From a virus (taxonomy: Duplodnaviria > Caudoviricetes): DNA of 39,057 bases. The translations under genes and the position numbers were made by a program. Location: the IMG/VR virus record IMGVR_UViG_3300043764_000100, positions 1 through 39,057 of that record. One strand, written 5' to 3'. Below are positions 16,047 to 24,617 of the stretch, in pieces. The notes under the pieces were generated by a model. It saw nothing but the letters and a program-made list of their open reading frames with translations, was not told the DNA's origin and did no database searches. Every line of letters starts with the position of its first letter. The stretch's first letter is position 1.

Positions 16047-16331
16047 GTGTCGCTCGCCGACGACTTCCACGCCTTCGTCCTCAAGCTCCAGAGCGAAGGC
16101 CACCACCTCGCCGACGAGGCCCACCGGCTCTGGGCCCGCCTGCGCGGCGACGAGACCGCCCTCACCACCGAGGTCAGCGCCGACACCCACAAGGTCGCCA
16201 CCGAGATCAAGGACAACGCCACGTCCATCGGTGGGGACGTCGCCGAGGAAGCCAAGGCCATGGGTGTCGAGGCCGTCGCCGACGTCAAGGCCGCGGCGGC
16301 CGACATCGAAAAGCCCACCCCGCAGGCCTGA
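16047..16331 (+). CDS. Acidic helical protein (94 aa)
   Basis: AAGGAG RBS, GTG at 16047; MSLADDFHAFVLKLQSEGHH... Confidence 0.7.
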   Translation: MSLADDFHAFVLKLQSEGHHLADEAHRLWARLRGDETALTTEVSADTHKVATEIKDNATSIGGDVAEEAKAMGVEAVADVKAAAADIEKPTPQA

Positions 16332-16348
16332 TCGAGGGGAGGTGACCG

Positions 16349-16804
16349 GTGGCTTCCCGTCGACCACCCGCCAACCACCGCGCCGCCCACCAGGTCCCCG
16401 TAGTCGAGCGCCGCCGGGCCGCCGTTCAGCTCAAGATCGCCGGAAAGACGTGGCAGGAGATCGCCGACCAGCTCGGCTACGACTCCAAAGGGGGCGCCTG
16501 CAAGGACGTCCGGCGCGCGTTGCAGAAGGCCGTCGCAGAGCTCTCGATCCCGCTTGAGGAGTACCGGCAGCTCACCCTGGACCGCCTTGAGGCGATGCTT
16601 GACGCGCTCTGGCCGAAGATCACCGAGGGTGATGCTCGCGCCATCGAGACCGGCCTTCGCATCGTCGATCGCGAAGCCGACCTCCTCGGCCTGAAGGCAC
16701 CAACTCGCATGGAGGTGCTGACGATCGATGCCATCGACGCAGCAATCTCCGACCTCACCAACCAGCTCACCACTGCTCGAAGCCAAACTGGACCGGCTGA
16801 CTGA
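16349..16804 (+). CDS. terS: Terminase small subunit (HTH type, 151 aa)
   Basis: ERRRAAVQLKIAGKTWQEIADQLGY, LDRLEAMLDALWP, RIVDREADLLGLKAP; directly upstream of TerL. Confidence 0.85.
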   Translation: MASRRPPANHRAAHQVPVVERRRAAVQLKIAGKTWQEIADQLGYDSKGGACKDVRRALQKAVAELSIPLEEYRQLTLDRLEAMLDALWPKITEGDARAIETGLRIVDREADLLGLKAPTRMEVLTIDAIDAAISDLTNQLTTARSQTGPAD

Positions 16805-18326
16805 GCTGCGACGGCTCATGGCTGAACGCGACCAGATTCTTGCCGACAAGCTCCGCAGCGTCGACGTGTTCGCCCTGCTCGGCTACAAACCGACCGCCCG
16901 GCAGCGGGAGTTCCACGACGCCACCGAGTTCGACGTCCTCTACGGTGGCGCGGCCGGCGGAGGCAAGACGCGAGCCCTGCTCATGGAAGGCATTCGGGCC
17001 TGCGTGCGCTACCCCGGCCTGCGGGTCGGAGCGTTCCGCCGCACCTATCCGGAGCTGAAGGAGAGCCTGCTCGCTGAACTCGCCCAGGCCGAATACGCCG
17101 TAGCGCTCGGCGCCGTCTGGAACGCCAGCGAGTACGAACTCCGGTTCCCCAACGGCAGCCTGCTGATGTTCCGGTACGCCGAGTCCCTCAAGGACGCGAC
17201 GCGCCGCCAGGGCGGCCAGTACCAGCTGGTCCTGTTCGACGAGCGGACCCTGACCTCGCCCGACGTGTGCGCGTTCCTGGAGAGCCGCGTACGGTCCGGC
17301 CGGGCGGACATTCCGGTGCTCGGCATCCGATCGGGCACCAACCCCGGCGGACCCGGCCACGGCACCGTGAAGGCCCGCTACATCGACTCGACTGCCTACG
17401 GCACCAAGGTCATCACCGACCGGCGCGGCCGCCACGTCCGGTTCATCCCGTCCAAGCTTGCCGACAATCCGCACGTCAACGCCGAGTACGCCGACGACCT
17501 GCGCAACCTGCCCGAACAGCTCCGCAAGGCGTTCTTGGACGGCGACTGGGACAGCTTCATGGGCCAGGCCTTCGGCGAATGGTCCCACGACCGGCACACC
17601 CTCGACCCGATCACCATCCCCGCCGAGTGGCGGCGCGTCATGGGCATCGACTGGGGCTACGCAGCTCCCTGGGCGGCCCTGTGGCTCGCCGTCGACGAGG
17701 ACGGCCGGGCCTGGGTGTACCGGGAGCTGTACGCCCGGCAGGTCGGTGAACAGCAGCAGGCCGAACGGATCCTCGCGGCCGAGGCCGGCGAGACTGTCGG
17801 GCCCCGGTGGGCCGACGATGCCATGTGGGCCACTCGCGGGGACGCCAAGCCGATTGCTCGGGTCTACGCCGACCACGGCGTGCACCTCACCGAGGCTGGC
17901 AAGGGCGGCCGGGTCGCGGGCTGGCAGCGTCTGCGCTCCTACCTCGCGGACGGCCCGGCCTGCCCGCACCACCGCTCCCAGGGCTGGGAGACCTGCCCGC
18001 GGCTGCACGTGTTCCGGACCTGTACCAACCTGATCCGGGAGATCCCCGCCCTGCCGTTCGCCACCAGCGGCGACCCGGAGGACGTGGACAGCACCGCCTC
18101 CGACCACGCGGCGGACGCCCTCAGGTACGCGCTGATCAACCTCGGCAGCGGCCCGCGCTTCCCGCTACTGGGCGACGACGCGCCGCCAGCAGTCGAGCAG
18201 GACTTGAAGGCCCCATTCGCTGGCCGGTATGCGGTCGCCCATACCCCGGACGATCCGGACCCCGACGACGAGACCCCTGATCGAGGGGCGGTGAGGAGGT
18301 CTCCGTGGGCTTCTGGTCCCGCCTGA
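16728..18326 (+). CDS. terL: Terminase large subunit (alternative start 16818)
   Basis: Q motif PTARQREFH, Walker A YGGAAGGGKT, Walker B VLFDE, TNPGGPGH, DNPH, nuclease GIDWGY, DHAADALRY. Confidence 0.96.
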   Translation: MPSTQQSPTSPTSSPLLEAKLDRLTELRRLMAERDQILADKLRSVDVFALLGYKPTARQREFHDATEFDVLYGGAAGGGKTRALLMEGIRACVRYPGLRVGAFRRTYPELKESLLAELAQAEYAVALGAVWNASEYELRFPNGSLLMFRYAESLKDATRRQGGQYQLVLFDERTLTSPDVCAFLESRVRSGRADIPVLGIRSGTNPGGPGHGTVKARYIDSTAYGTKVITDRRGRHVRFIPSKLADNPHVNAEYADDLRNLPEQLRKAFLDGDWDSFMGQAFGEWSHDRHTLDPITIPAEWRRVMGIDWGYAAPWAALWLAVDEDGRAWVYRELYARQVGEQQQAERILAAEAGETVGPRWADDAMWATRGDAKPIARVYADHGVHLTEAGKGGRVAGWQRLRSYLADGPACPHHRSQGWETCPRLHVFRTCTNLIREIPALPFATSGDPEDVDSTASDHAADALRYALINLGSGPRFPLLGDDAPPAVEQDLKAPFAGRYAVAHTPDDPDPDDETPDRGAVRRSPWASGPA

Positions 18327-19918
18327 CCCGCCGAACCGAGCCCGCCATCGAGGCGGTGACGGAGGCCGCCACCGCCCCGACCCCGGCGCCCGGCGGCCCC
18401 ACCCCCCAGCAAGTCGCACGCCGCGGCTACGAGTACGGCATCCCCCGCGGCGGCACCACCGAGAACAACCAAGGCGGCGGCGACCTCGGCAGCGACCGGC
18501 GCGAACTCCTCCAGCAGCTCTACCAGGTGTACGCCACGTGCACCTGGTCGAGCGCCTGCGTGGACGCCATCGCCCGCACCGTCACCGCCGGCGGCCTCTA
18601 CATCGACTGGGCCAGCGACGACCAGGAGGGCACCAAGAAGGCGCCCGCCCGGCCGTCCAACGTCCAACGCATGCAGCAACTCATCGACTACTGCAACCCC
18701 TACGAGGACATGCAGCAGCTGGTCCGCGGCTCGGTCACGGACCTTGAAGTCGCCGGTGACGCGTACATAGAGCTCGTGTGGTTCCTCGGCGAGCCGATCG
18801 CCCTGTACTCGCTGGACGCCGCGAGCATGCGGGTCATCTCCGACGCGCACGGCCAGGTCACCGAGTTCGTGCAGATCACCGACGACGGCCAGAAGGCGTA
18901 CTTCCAGCCGCACGAGATCATCCACATCACCATGGACACGCCGCGGTCCGGCCTGCACGGCACCAGTCCGACCGAGAAGGCTCTGCTGCCGATCACGACG
19001 TGGCTGTACGCCTCCGGGCTGCTCAAGGAGACGATGCGCAAGGGCGACCCGCCGCTGCTGCACATCGACATGCCCGAGAGCATGAGCGACAACGCGGTCA
19101 AGCGCTGGCTGCAGCAGTTCCGCGTCCGGGTCCTCGGCCCGAAGAACAAGGGCGAGCCGATCGTCACCTCCGGCGGCGCGCACGTCACCGAGCTGCAGCC
19201 CTCCCGGGTCCCGGACCTGCACGCCACCAAGAGCCAGGCCCGGGACGAGATCCTCTCCGTATACGGCGTCCCGCCGGCGCAGGTCGGCGTCATCGAGTCC
19301 GGCAACCTCGGCGGTGGCACCGGCGAGTCCCAGCGGCAAACGTTCAAAACGAACACCTGCGGGCCGGTAGCCGCGCTGATCCTGGAGAAGCTGAACTTCC
19401 ACCTGACCAAGCAGGGCTTCGGCATCGACGGCTGGACGCTCAAGTTCCGCGACGTCGACATGCGCGACAGCCTGACGATCGAGCAGATCCGCGACCTGCG
19501 GATCCGCAACGGCCTGTGGACCCTGGACCGGGCCCGCGCCGAGATCGGCGAGCCGCCGGTCGAGGGCGGATCCGACCCGGTGCTGATCGACCGCCAGAAC
19601 CTGGTGCTCTGGTCGGACATCGCGACCATGTCGAAGGCAATCGTGGCCAAGGCCGCGGCTCCTGGGCTGCAGGCCGGCGCTCGGGTCGACGGCATCGACA
19701 TGAAGCCCGAGCCCGAACCGCAGCCGGTCCCGCCGGAACTCGCCGCCCACGCCGCGGCGATGGCCGGCGGCCGGCCTCCGGTGCCCGGGCAGCCACCGGC
19801 ACCGCCCGGTGCCCCGCATGAGGCCCTGTACGACTGGCGGCACTACGAGGACACCCCGGACGAGGAGGAGCCTGATGACTTCACCTCCCGCCTCCGACGA
19901 GCCCTCGCAGCTGCCTGA
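18305..19918 (+). CDS. Portal protein, HK97-like (537 aa)
   Basis: GAGGAGG RBS; GDAYIE, EIIHI, G.SP, EILSVYGVPP, NGLWTLDRARAEIGEPPVEGG; follows TerL. Confidence 0.93.
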   Translation: MGFWSRLTRRTEPAIEAVTEAATAPTPAPGGPTPQQVARRGYEYGIPRGGTTENNQGGGDLGSDRRELLQQLYQVYATCTWSSACVDAIARTVTAGGLYIDWASDDQEGTKKAPARPSNVQRMQQLIDYCNPYEDMQQLVRGSVTDLEVAGDAYIELVWFLGEPIALYSLDAASMRVISDAHGQVTEFVQITDDGQKAYFQPHEIIHITMDTPRSGLHGTSPTEKALLPITTWLYASGLLKETMRKGDPPLLHIDMPESMSDNAVKRWLQQFRVRVLGPKNKGEPIVTSGGAHVTELQPSRVPDLHATKSQARDEILSVYGVPPAQVGVIESGNLGGGTGESQRQTFKTNTCGPVAALILEKLNFHLTKQGFGIDGWTLKFRDVDMRDSLTIEQIRDLRIRNGLWTLDRARAEIGEPPVEGGSDPVLIDRQNLVLWSDIATMSKAIVAKAAAPGLQAGARVDGIDMKPEPEPQPVPPELAAHAAAMAGGRPPVPGQPPAPPGAPHEALYDWRHYEDTPDEEEPDDFTSRLRRALAAA

Positions 19919-20036
19919 CCCGCCCGGCCCCACCAGCGAACACGCCGAGCCACCCCGCACCGGTCCCCACCAGGCACTGGACGGGGCACTCACCGCAGCA
20001 GGCGCCTGGCCGTTGATCCGCAAGCAGGTCTTCTGA
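19875..20036 (+). CDS. Small ORF overlapping the portal 3' end (53 aa)
   Basis: GAGGAGGAG RBS before ATG 19875; its stop is TGATG-coupled to the MuF start. Confidence 0.45.
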   Translation: MTSPPASDEPSQLPDPPGPTSEHAEPPRTGPHQALDGALTAAGAWPLIRKQVF

Positions 20037-20836
20037 TGGCCGCGCGGGCACCGACGCTCCAGCTCGGCCAGCTGACCGGCACGTGGGCGGCGGTCTACCG
20101 GCGCCGCGACCAGCTGGAAGCCGCCGCGGTCGAGCAGGTCTTGGCCGCGTGGCGTGCGGTCGTCGTCGGGCTGGACCTGGCGGACATTGTGGCCGTCCTG
20201 CGCGAGCAGACCGGCCCGGCCGAGACTGCCGACCAGGACCGGCGCCGACACCTGCGGCAGGTCACCGCCGCCGCGGTCCTCGCCCGACTCACCGCCCTCA
20301 CCCGCCGGCCCCGGTGGGCCGACCTGACCGCGGCCATCACCGGCGCCCTGCGCCGTGCTCGCGCAACCGGCCGCACGGCTGCCGACGCCGTCCTCGACGA
20401 CACCGGCGACGCCGACCTCCCCGAGGACCAGGACGACGAAGGCGACCCGGACGAGGATCTCGCCGCCGCCTACACCATCACCGCCGCCGCCCTACGCGGC
20501 ACCGCCCAGACCATCGCCAGCAACCTCCTGTCCGCGGCAGAGCAGGGGGACGACGAGCAGGCGATGCAGGACCAGGCCGACGCCGACCTCAACACCGGCT
20601 CGGCCTGGTCCCTCGCCGCCGTCACAGCGTCGGCCGCCGCCTTCACCGCTGGCCTGGTCGGCGCCTACCTCGGCCGGGGTGTCCAGCAGTTGGACTACCT
20701 GACCGCCGGGGACGGCCGCGTGTGCGTTCCCTGCTCGACCGCCGAGGAGCACAGCCCCTACCCCGCGAACTCGGCCCCCCAGCCGCCGCTGCACCCGTCC
20801 TGCCGCTGCACCCTCCAACCCACCCGCACCACCTGA
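20036..20836 (+). CDS. MuF/SPP1 gp7-like minor head protein, short form (266 aa)
   Basis: C-terminal TAGDGRVCVPC...PPLHPSCRCTL. Confidence 0.88.
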   Translation: MAARAPTLQLGQLTGTWAAVYRRRDQLEAAAVEQVLAAWRAVVVGLDLADIVAVLREQTGPAETADQDRRRHLRQVTAAAVLARLTALTRRPRWADLTAAITGALRRARATGRTAADAVLDDTGDADLPEDQDDEGDPDEDLAAAYTITAAALRGTAQTIASNLLSAAEQGDDEQAMQDQADADLNTGSAWSLAAVTASAAAFTAGLVGAYLGRGVQQLDYLTAGDGRVCVPCSTAEEHSPYPANSAPQPPLHPSCRCTLQPTRTT

Positions 20837-20849
20837 CCGGAGGTCCCCC

Positions 20850-21239
20850 ATGGCCCACGGCCCGCTCATCAACGCCGGCCCCAGGGACCCGCTCACGGTC
20901 TACACCGCAACCGGCCAGACCATCACAGCCTCCGCCGACTCCGGCCCACTCGACTTCACCGCGATCAGCTCCGGGATCGCCTCCGTGTTCGTCACCGGCG
21001 CCTCCGGCACCACACCGTCGCTGACCTGCTACATCGACGTGCAGGACGCCAACGGCCACTGGTACCAGATCGCCACCGTCGGCGTCGCCCTGACGTCCGG
21101 CCCCAACTTCACGTTCGGCAACTTCGGGCCCGCGAGTGGCACCGGCTACGTCCTGACCGGCGTCGGCCGCTTCCGATGGGTCGTCTCCGGCACCAGCCCG
21201 TCCTTCACCGGCGTCGACTTCTCCGTGATCGGGAGGTGA
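20850..21239 (+). CDS. Beta-rich putative virion decoration protein (129 aa)
   Basis: GGAGG RBS; Thr/Ser/Gly-rich beta-strand pattern (VTGASGTTPSLTCYIDVQD.NG.WY, RFRWVVSGTSPSFT). Confidence 0.75.
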   Translation: MAHGPLINAGPRDPLTVYTATGQTITASADSGPLDFTAISSGIASVFVTGASGTTPSLTCYIDVQDANGHWYQIATVGVALTSGPNFTFGNFGPASGTGYVLTGVGRFRWVVSGTSPSFTGVDFSVIGR

Positions 21240-21241
21240 CG

Positions 21242-22828
21242 GTGGCAGCCATCGCCACAATCCGAGGCACCGCGATCGCGCCGGGCGTCTCCCGCAACGG
21301 CCGCCTGTACACAGCCGAGCTGCTCGGCCGGGCCGTCGAGCGGGCCAACGCCGCGATCGCACGCGGCGAGCCGCACACCATGCTGACCCATCACGGTGCC
21401 GAGGACGACTCGACCCGCATCGTCGGCCGCGTCACCGCCCTGTCCCAGCGCGAGGACGGCAGCGTCGCGTTCGAGGCGGAGATCGCCGACACCGCACACG
21501 GCCGAGACATCGCCGCCCTCGTCACCGGCGACCAGCCGTTCCTCGACGGTGTCAGCATCCGCGGGGCCTGGCGCGGCCCAGTCCGCCGCGAGCAGTACGA
21601 GGGCCGCACCGTCGAAACCGCCGACGATCTCGATCTGTTCGGCCTCGACTTCACCAAGACCCCCGGCGTCCTGGCCGCCCGGATCGAGCGCGGCACGGCC
21701 CCGGCGGAGTCGGCCGAGCCCGGCCGCCTGGTGTACGAGTCCGTCGCGGAGGCGACCGCCGCCAAGATCAAGGCCCCGTACGGGCCCGTGCAGTACGCCG
21801 ACCCCGGATACCGCGGCAGCGTCAAGCGCTACCCGATCGACACCGTCAAGCACGCCCGCGCCGCCTGGTCCTACATCAACAAGCCAGCCAACGCCGCGGA
21901 CTACACCCCCCAGCAACTCAAGCGGATCCGCTCGCGCATCAAGGCGGCCCTGAAGAAGTTCGGAGTGAGCGTGTCCGAGACCACCAGCTTCGGTGACGTC
22001 ACCGAGTTCTACGGGGACGAGCCGGCCGGAATGGGCGGCGGGTTCTGCATCGACGCCCACAACGGTCCGGTGAGCGTGACGGTCCGCTGCTGCGGGATCG
22101 ACCCGGCCGAGCTGCGGGTCATCGCGGCGGCCGCCATGGACGCCGCAGTCGACGCGCTGCAGTGCCTGGACCCGGACATGGACGCCGACATCGACGTGCC
22201 CGGGGCTCCAAACGCCGACAGCGACGGCGACATGGAGACCCGGCGCCCGGACGACGACCAGATGGAGACCGCGCCCATCACGGCCGCCGACATCGACCTG
22301 CTGCGCGAGTCTGGGATGCGGCCTGGCGAGCCCATCACCGCCGCCAGGCTCGCCGCTTCCCGCGCCCTCGCCCTCGCCAAGACCGCTCCGGCCGACCAGG
22401 TCGGGGAGACCACCAAACGCCAGGAGGTGCCCGCCGTGAGCGAGCCCACCCAGGCCGTCGAGACGGCCAGCACCCCGCCGATGATCGCCCTCACCCAGGA
22501 GCAGTTCCAGCAGCTCCTCGACCGCGCCGCGCCGGCGGCGGCCGCCACCGAGACGGCCCCGCCGGCCCCGGCCGCCGAGCCCGTCGCGGAGACCGACGAG
22601 CAGCGCATCGCCCGCATCGTCGCCGAGCGCCTCGCCTCCGAGCGCGAGCAGCTCGAAGAGTCGCTGCGCGCCGAGCTCCGCCAGGTCGGGCCGGCCCGCA
22701 AGGGCCTGCGCACCGAGACGCCGGGCGGTGCCGCTGTCGGCGAGCCGAGCCCGGACGAGATCCGCCGTAACACCAACGAGGCGCTCCTCAGCTGGGTCTC
22801 CAACGGCCGCTACAGCATGGACGACTGA
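21242..22828 (+). CDS. Prohead protease fused to a DUF6582-like domain and scaffold (528 aa)
   Basis: GGAGG RBS; PGVSRNGRLY, THH, DTAHGRDI, GVSIRG, GLDFTKTPGV (protease); YADPGY..KRYPIDT..HARAAWSYIN; acidic/coiled-coil C-terminus. Confidence 0.87.
   Translation: MAAIATIRGTAIAPGVSRNGRLYTAELLGRAVERANAAIARGEPHTMLTHHGAEDDSTRIVGRVTALSQREDGSVAFEAEIADTAHGRDIAALVTGDQPFLDGVSIRGAWRGPVRREQYEGRTVETADDLDLFGLDFTKTPGVLAARIERGTAPAESAEPGRLVYESVAEATAAKIKAPYGPVQYADPGYRGSVKRYPIDTVKHARAAWSYINKPANAADYTPQQLKRIRSRIKAALKKFGVSVSETTSFGDVTEFYGDEPAGMGGGFCIDAHNGPVSVTVRCCGIDPAELRVIAAAAMDAAVDALQCLDPDMDADIDVPGAPNADSDGDMETRRPDDDQMETAPITAADIDLLRESGMRPGEPITAARLAASRALALAKTAPADQVGETTKRQEVPAVSEPTQAVETASTPPMIALTQEQFQQLLDRAAPAAAATETAPPAPAAEPVAETDEQRIARIVAERLASEREQLEESLRAELRQVGPARKGLRTETPGGAAVGEPSPDEIRRNTNEALLSWVSNGRYSMDD
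22436..22828 (+). CDS. Putative nested in-frame scaffold protein (130 aa)
   Basis: AGGAGG at 22422-22427 ahead of the in-frame GTG 22436; Ala/Pro/Glu-rich followed by a coiled coil. Confidence 0.55.
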   Translation: MSEPTQAVETASTPPMIALTQEQFQQLLDRAAPAAAATETAPPAPAAEPVAETDEQRIARIVAERLASEREQLEESLRAELRQVGPARKGLRTETPGGAAVGEPSPDEIRRNTNEALLSWVSNGRYSMDD

Positions 22829-22850
22829 CCCCACCCGCACCCGCAGCTTC

Positions 22851-22927
22851 TGACCGCCACCCGCAGCCGGGTGGTGCCGGCCACGGCAGGAATGGTCGCC
22901 GCCCCCGCAGCACCCGGGGGCTTCTTC
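22851..22927 (+). ncRNA. Candidate structured cis-RNA (three-way junction plus terminator-like hairpin) upstream of the major capsid gene
   Basis: P1 22851-22855/22894-22898, P2 22856-22863/22868-22875, P3 22876-22879/22884-22887, AGGAAT junction; then GCCCCCG/CGGGGGC followed by TTCTTC. Confidence 0.4.
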
Positions 22928-22958
22928 ATGTCCATCTCCCCGCCATGGAGGCACCCCC

Positions 22959-24332
22959 ATGTCTGCCGAGCTCCGCGAGGCACTGACCGCGGCTGGCGCA
23001 TCCGCGCTCGTCCAGAAGGTCATCGACCCGAACCTCTTCGAGCGCATCCGGCGGTACTCGCCGCTGATCGATGCCCTGCCCTCGGAGCGGATCAACACGA
23101 CCACGTACTACTTCAACACCCGCAACGGACTCGCGTCCGGTGGCGCCGTCACCGACGGCGGCGCCCGTCAGGTCAGCACCGGCACCTACTTCCAGAACTC
23201 GTTCACCGTCAAGAACCTTCAGGTCGTCGGCGCGGTCACCGGCTACGCCGAGGAGGTCGCCAACGCCATCGGTGACCTGCGAGCCCGAGAGATCATGGGC
23301 GCCATCAAGGGTCTGCGCTGGGACACCGAGCAGATGCTCGTCGCCGGTAACGCGGGCGCGACCCAGTACGGTCCCTATCCGCAGGCCGACGGCCTCGCGT
23401 CGCTGATCAACCAGTACACGCCCACCGGCAGCGCCGGCCAGAACAGCATCGACGCCGCCGGCTCCAACCTCTCCCTGTCGCTGCTGAACCAGCTGATCGA
23501 CCTGGTCGAGTCGTACACCGCCGCGCAGGTCACTACCGGCGGCGCGGACTGGATGCTCGTGATGTCCAGCACCGCCGAGGGCGCGCTCGCGTCGCTGTTC
23601 ACCAACCAGCAGCGGTTCATGGACGTCGAGGTGACCCCCGGCCTCGTGGTCCCGAGCTACCGCAACATCCCGATCGTCCGGTCCTCCTACCTGGGGACCA
23701 AGGGCACCTCGATGGGGACCGTCACAGGGACCCCGGCGACCACCGGCGGCACCCTTCCGGCGGGCACCTACTACTACAAGGTCGCGCCGGTCATGTCCCG
23801 TCAGGGCGAGGCCGCCGCGTCGGCCGAGGTGACTGTCACCACCACCACCGCCACCTCGACGGCGACGCTGGCGTTCACCCCGCCGACCGGCTTCCAGTCG
23901 TCCGCCCCGCAGCACTACATGGTGTACCGGGCGACCGCGACCGGCCAGGAGACCCTCCTCGGCGCCGTGGACGCGACCGTGGGCCTGGCCGCCGACGGCA
24001 TCACCCCGATCCTGACCACCTCGATCGTGGACACCGGCACGAACCTCGTGCCGCAGAACGGCGCGACCGTCCCGGCGCAGACCCCGGCCACGTACATCGG
24101 CACCAACACCGGCCTCAAGCCCCGCAGCGTTGGCCAAGAGGACATCTACCTGATGTCCCGCGACCGCGACAACGTGCTGCGGCCGTACGTGCGTGACCTG
24201 ATGCCCAAGGACGTCTACCCCACCACGTCCTCGCCGGACTCGATGCCGTTCGCCGTCGTCTCGGACACCTGCCTCGCCGTCCGCGGCGCCGAGTGGATCG
24301 GCCGCCTGTCCCGCGTCGCCCCCGCCCTGTAA
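22959..24332 (+). CDS. Major capsid protein (SU10-like HK97 fold) with an inserted FN3-like domain (457 aa)
   Basis: GGAGG RBS; ELREAL.AAGASALVQKVID, GAVTGY, YRNIPIVRSS; Thr-rich insert GGTLPAGTYYYKV...YMVYRA; position after the scaffold. Confidence 0.88.
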   Translation: MSAELREALTAAGASALVQKVIDPNLFERIRRYSPLIDALPSERINTTTYYFNTRNGLASGGAVTDGGARQVSTGTYFQNSFTVKNLQVVGAVTGYAEEVANAIGDLRAREIMGAIKGLRWDTEQMLVAGNAGATQYGPYPQADGLASLINQYTPTGSAGQNSIDAAGSNLSLSLLNQLIDLVESYTAAQVTTGGADWMLVMSSTAEGALASLFTNQQRFMDVEVTPGLVVPSYRNIPIVRSSYLGTKGTSMGTVTGTPATTGGTLPAGTYYYKVAPVMSRQGEAAASAEVTVTTTTATSTATLAFTPPTGFQSSAPQHYMVYRATATGQETLLGAVDATVGLAADGITPILTTSIVDTGTNLVPQNGATVPAQTPATYIGTNTGLKPRSVGQEDIYLMSRDRDNVLRPYVRDLMPKDVYPTTSSPDSMPFAVVSDTCLAVRGAEWIGRLSRVAPAL

Positions 24333-24346
24333 AACCCCGTCCCCGT

Positions 24347-24379
24347 CCGGCCGCCGCGACTACTCCGCGCGGCGGCCGG
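24347..24379 (+). terminator. Stem-loop after the MCP gene
   Basis: CCGGCCGCCGCG / CGCGGCGGCCGG, a 12-bp stem. Confidence 0.6.
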
Positions 24380-24404
24380 CACCCAACCCCGAGCGGGAGC
24401 ACCC

Positions 24405-24614
24405 GTGTTCGTCACCAAGCGCAACCCCGGCTCCACCAGCCATGGCTACCAGTGGCCCAAGGGCGGCGAGTACGTCGAGATGAGCCCCGAGGACGCCCAC
24501 GAGCTGATCACCATTCAGCCCGGCGAGTTCGAGGCCGTGTCGGAGCTGCCGAAGGGCGCCAAGGCCTACGTGGCACCCGCCGCGCCGGCCGCCGGAATCG
24601 TCGTGGAGGAGTAG
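24405..24614 (+). CDS. Small head-associated hypothetical protein (69 aa)
   Basis: GGGAG RBS, GTG; position between MCP and the adaptor. Confidence 0.75.
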   Translation: MFVTKRNPGSTSHGYQWPKGGEYVEMSPEDAHELITIQPGEFEAVSELPKGAKAYVAPAAPAAGIVVEE

Positions 24615-24617
24615 CCG

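Noticed and set aside
20036-20836. MuF as a polymorphic toxin
   Set aside because: The protein ends right after HPSCRC; there is no C-terminal toxin extension or immunity gene.
22848-22900. Hammerhead or HDV-like ribozyme upstream of the MCP gene
   Set aside because: CUGA is followed by CCG rather than NGA, there is no GAAA core, and I could not build the HDV nested pseudoknot. Kept only as an unclassified structure.
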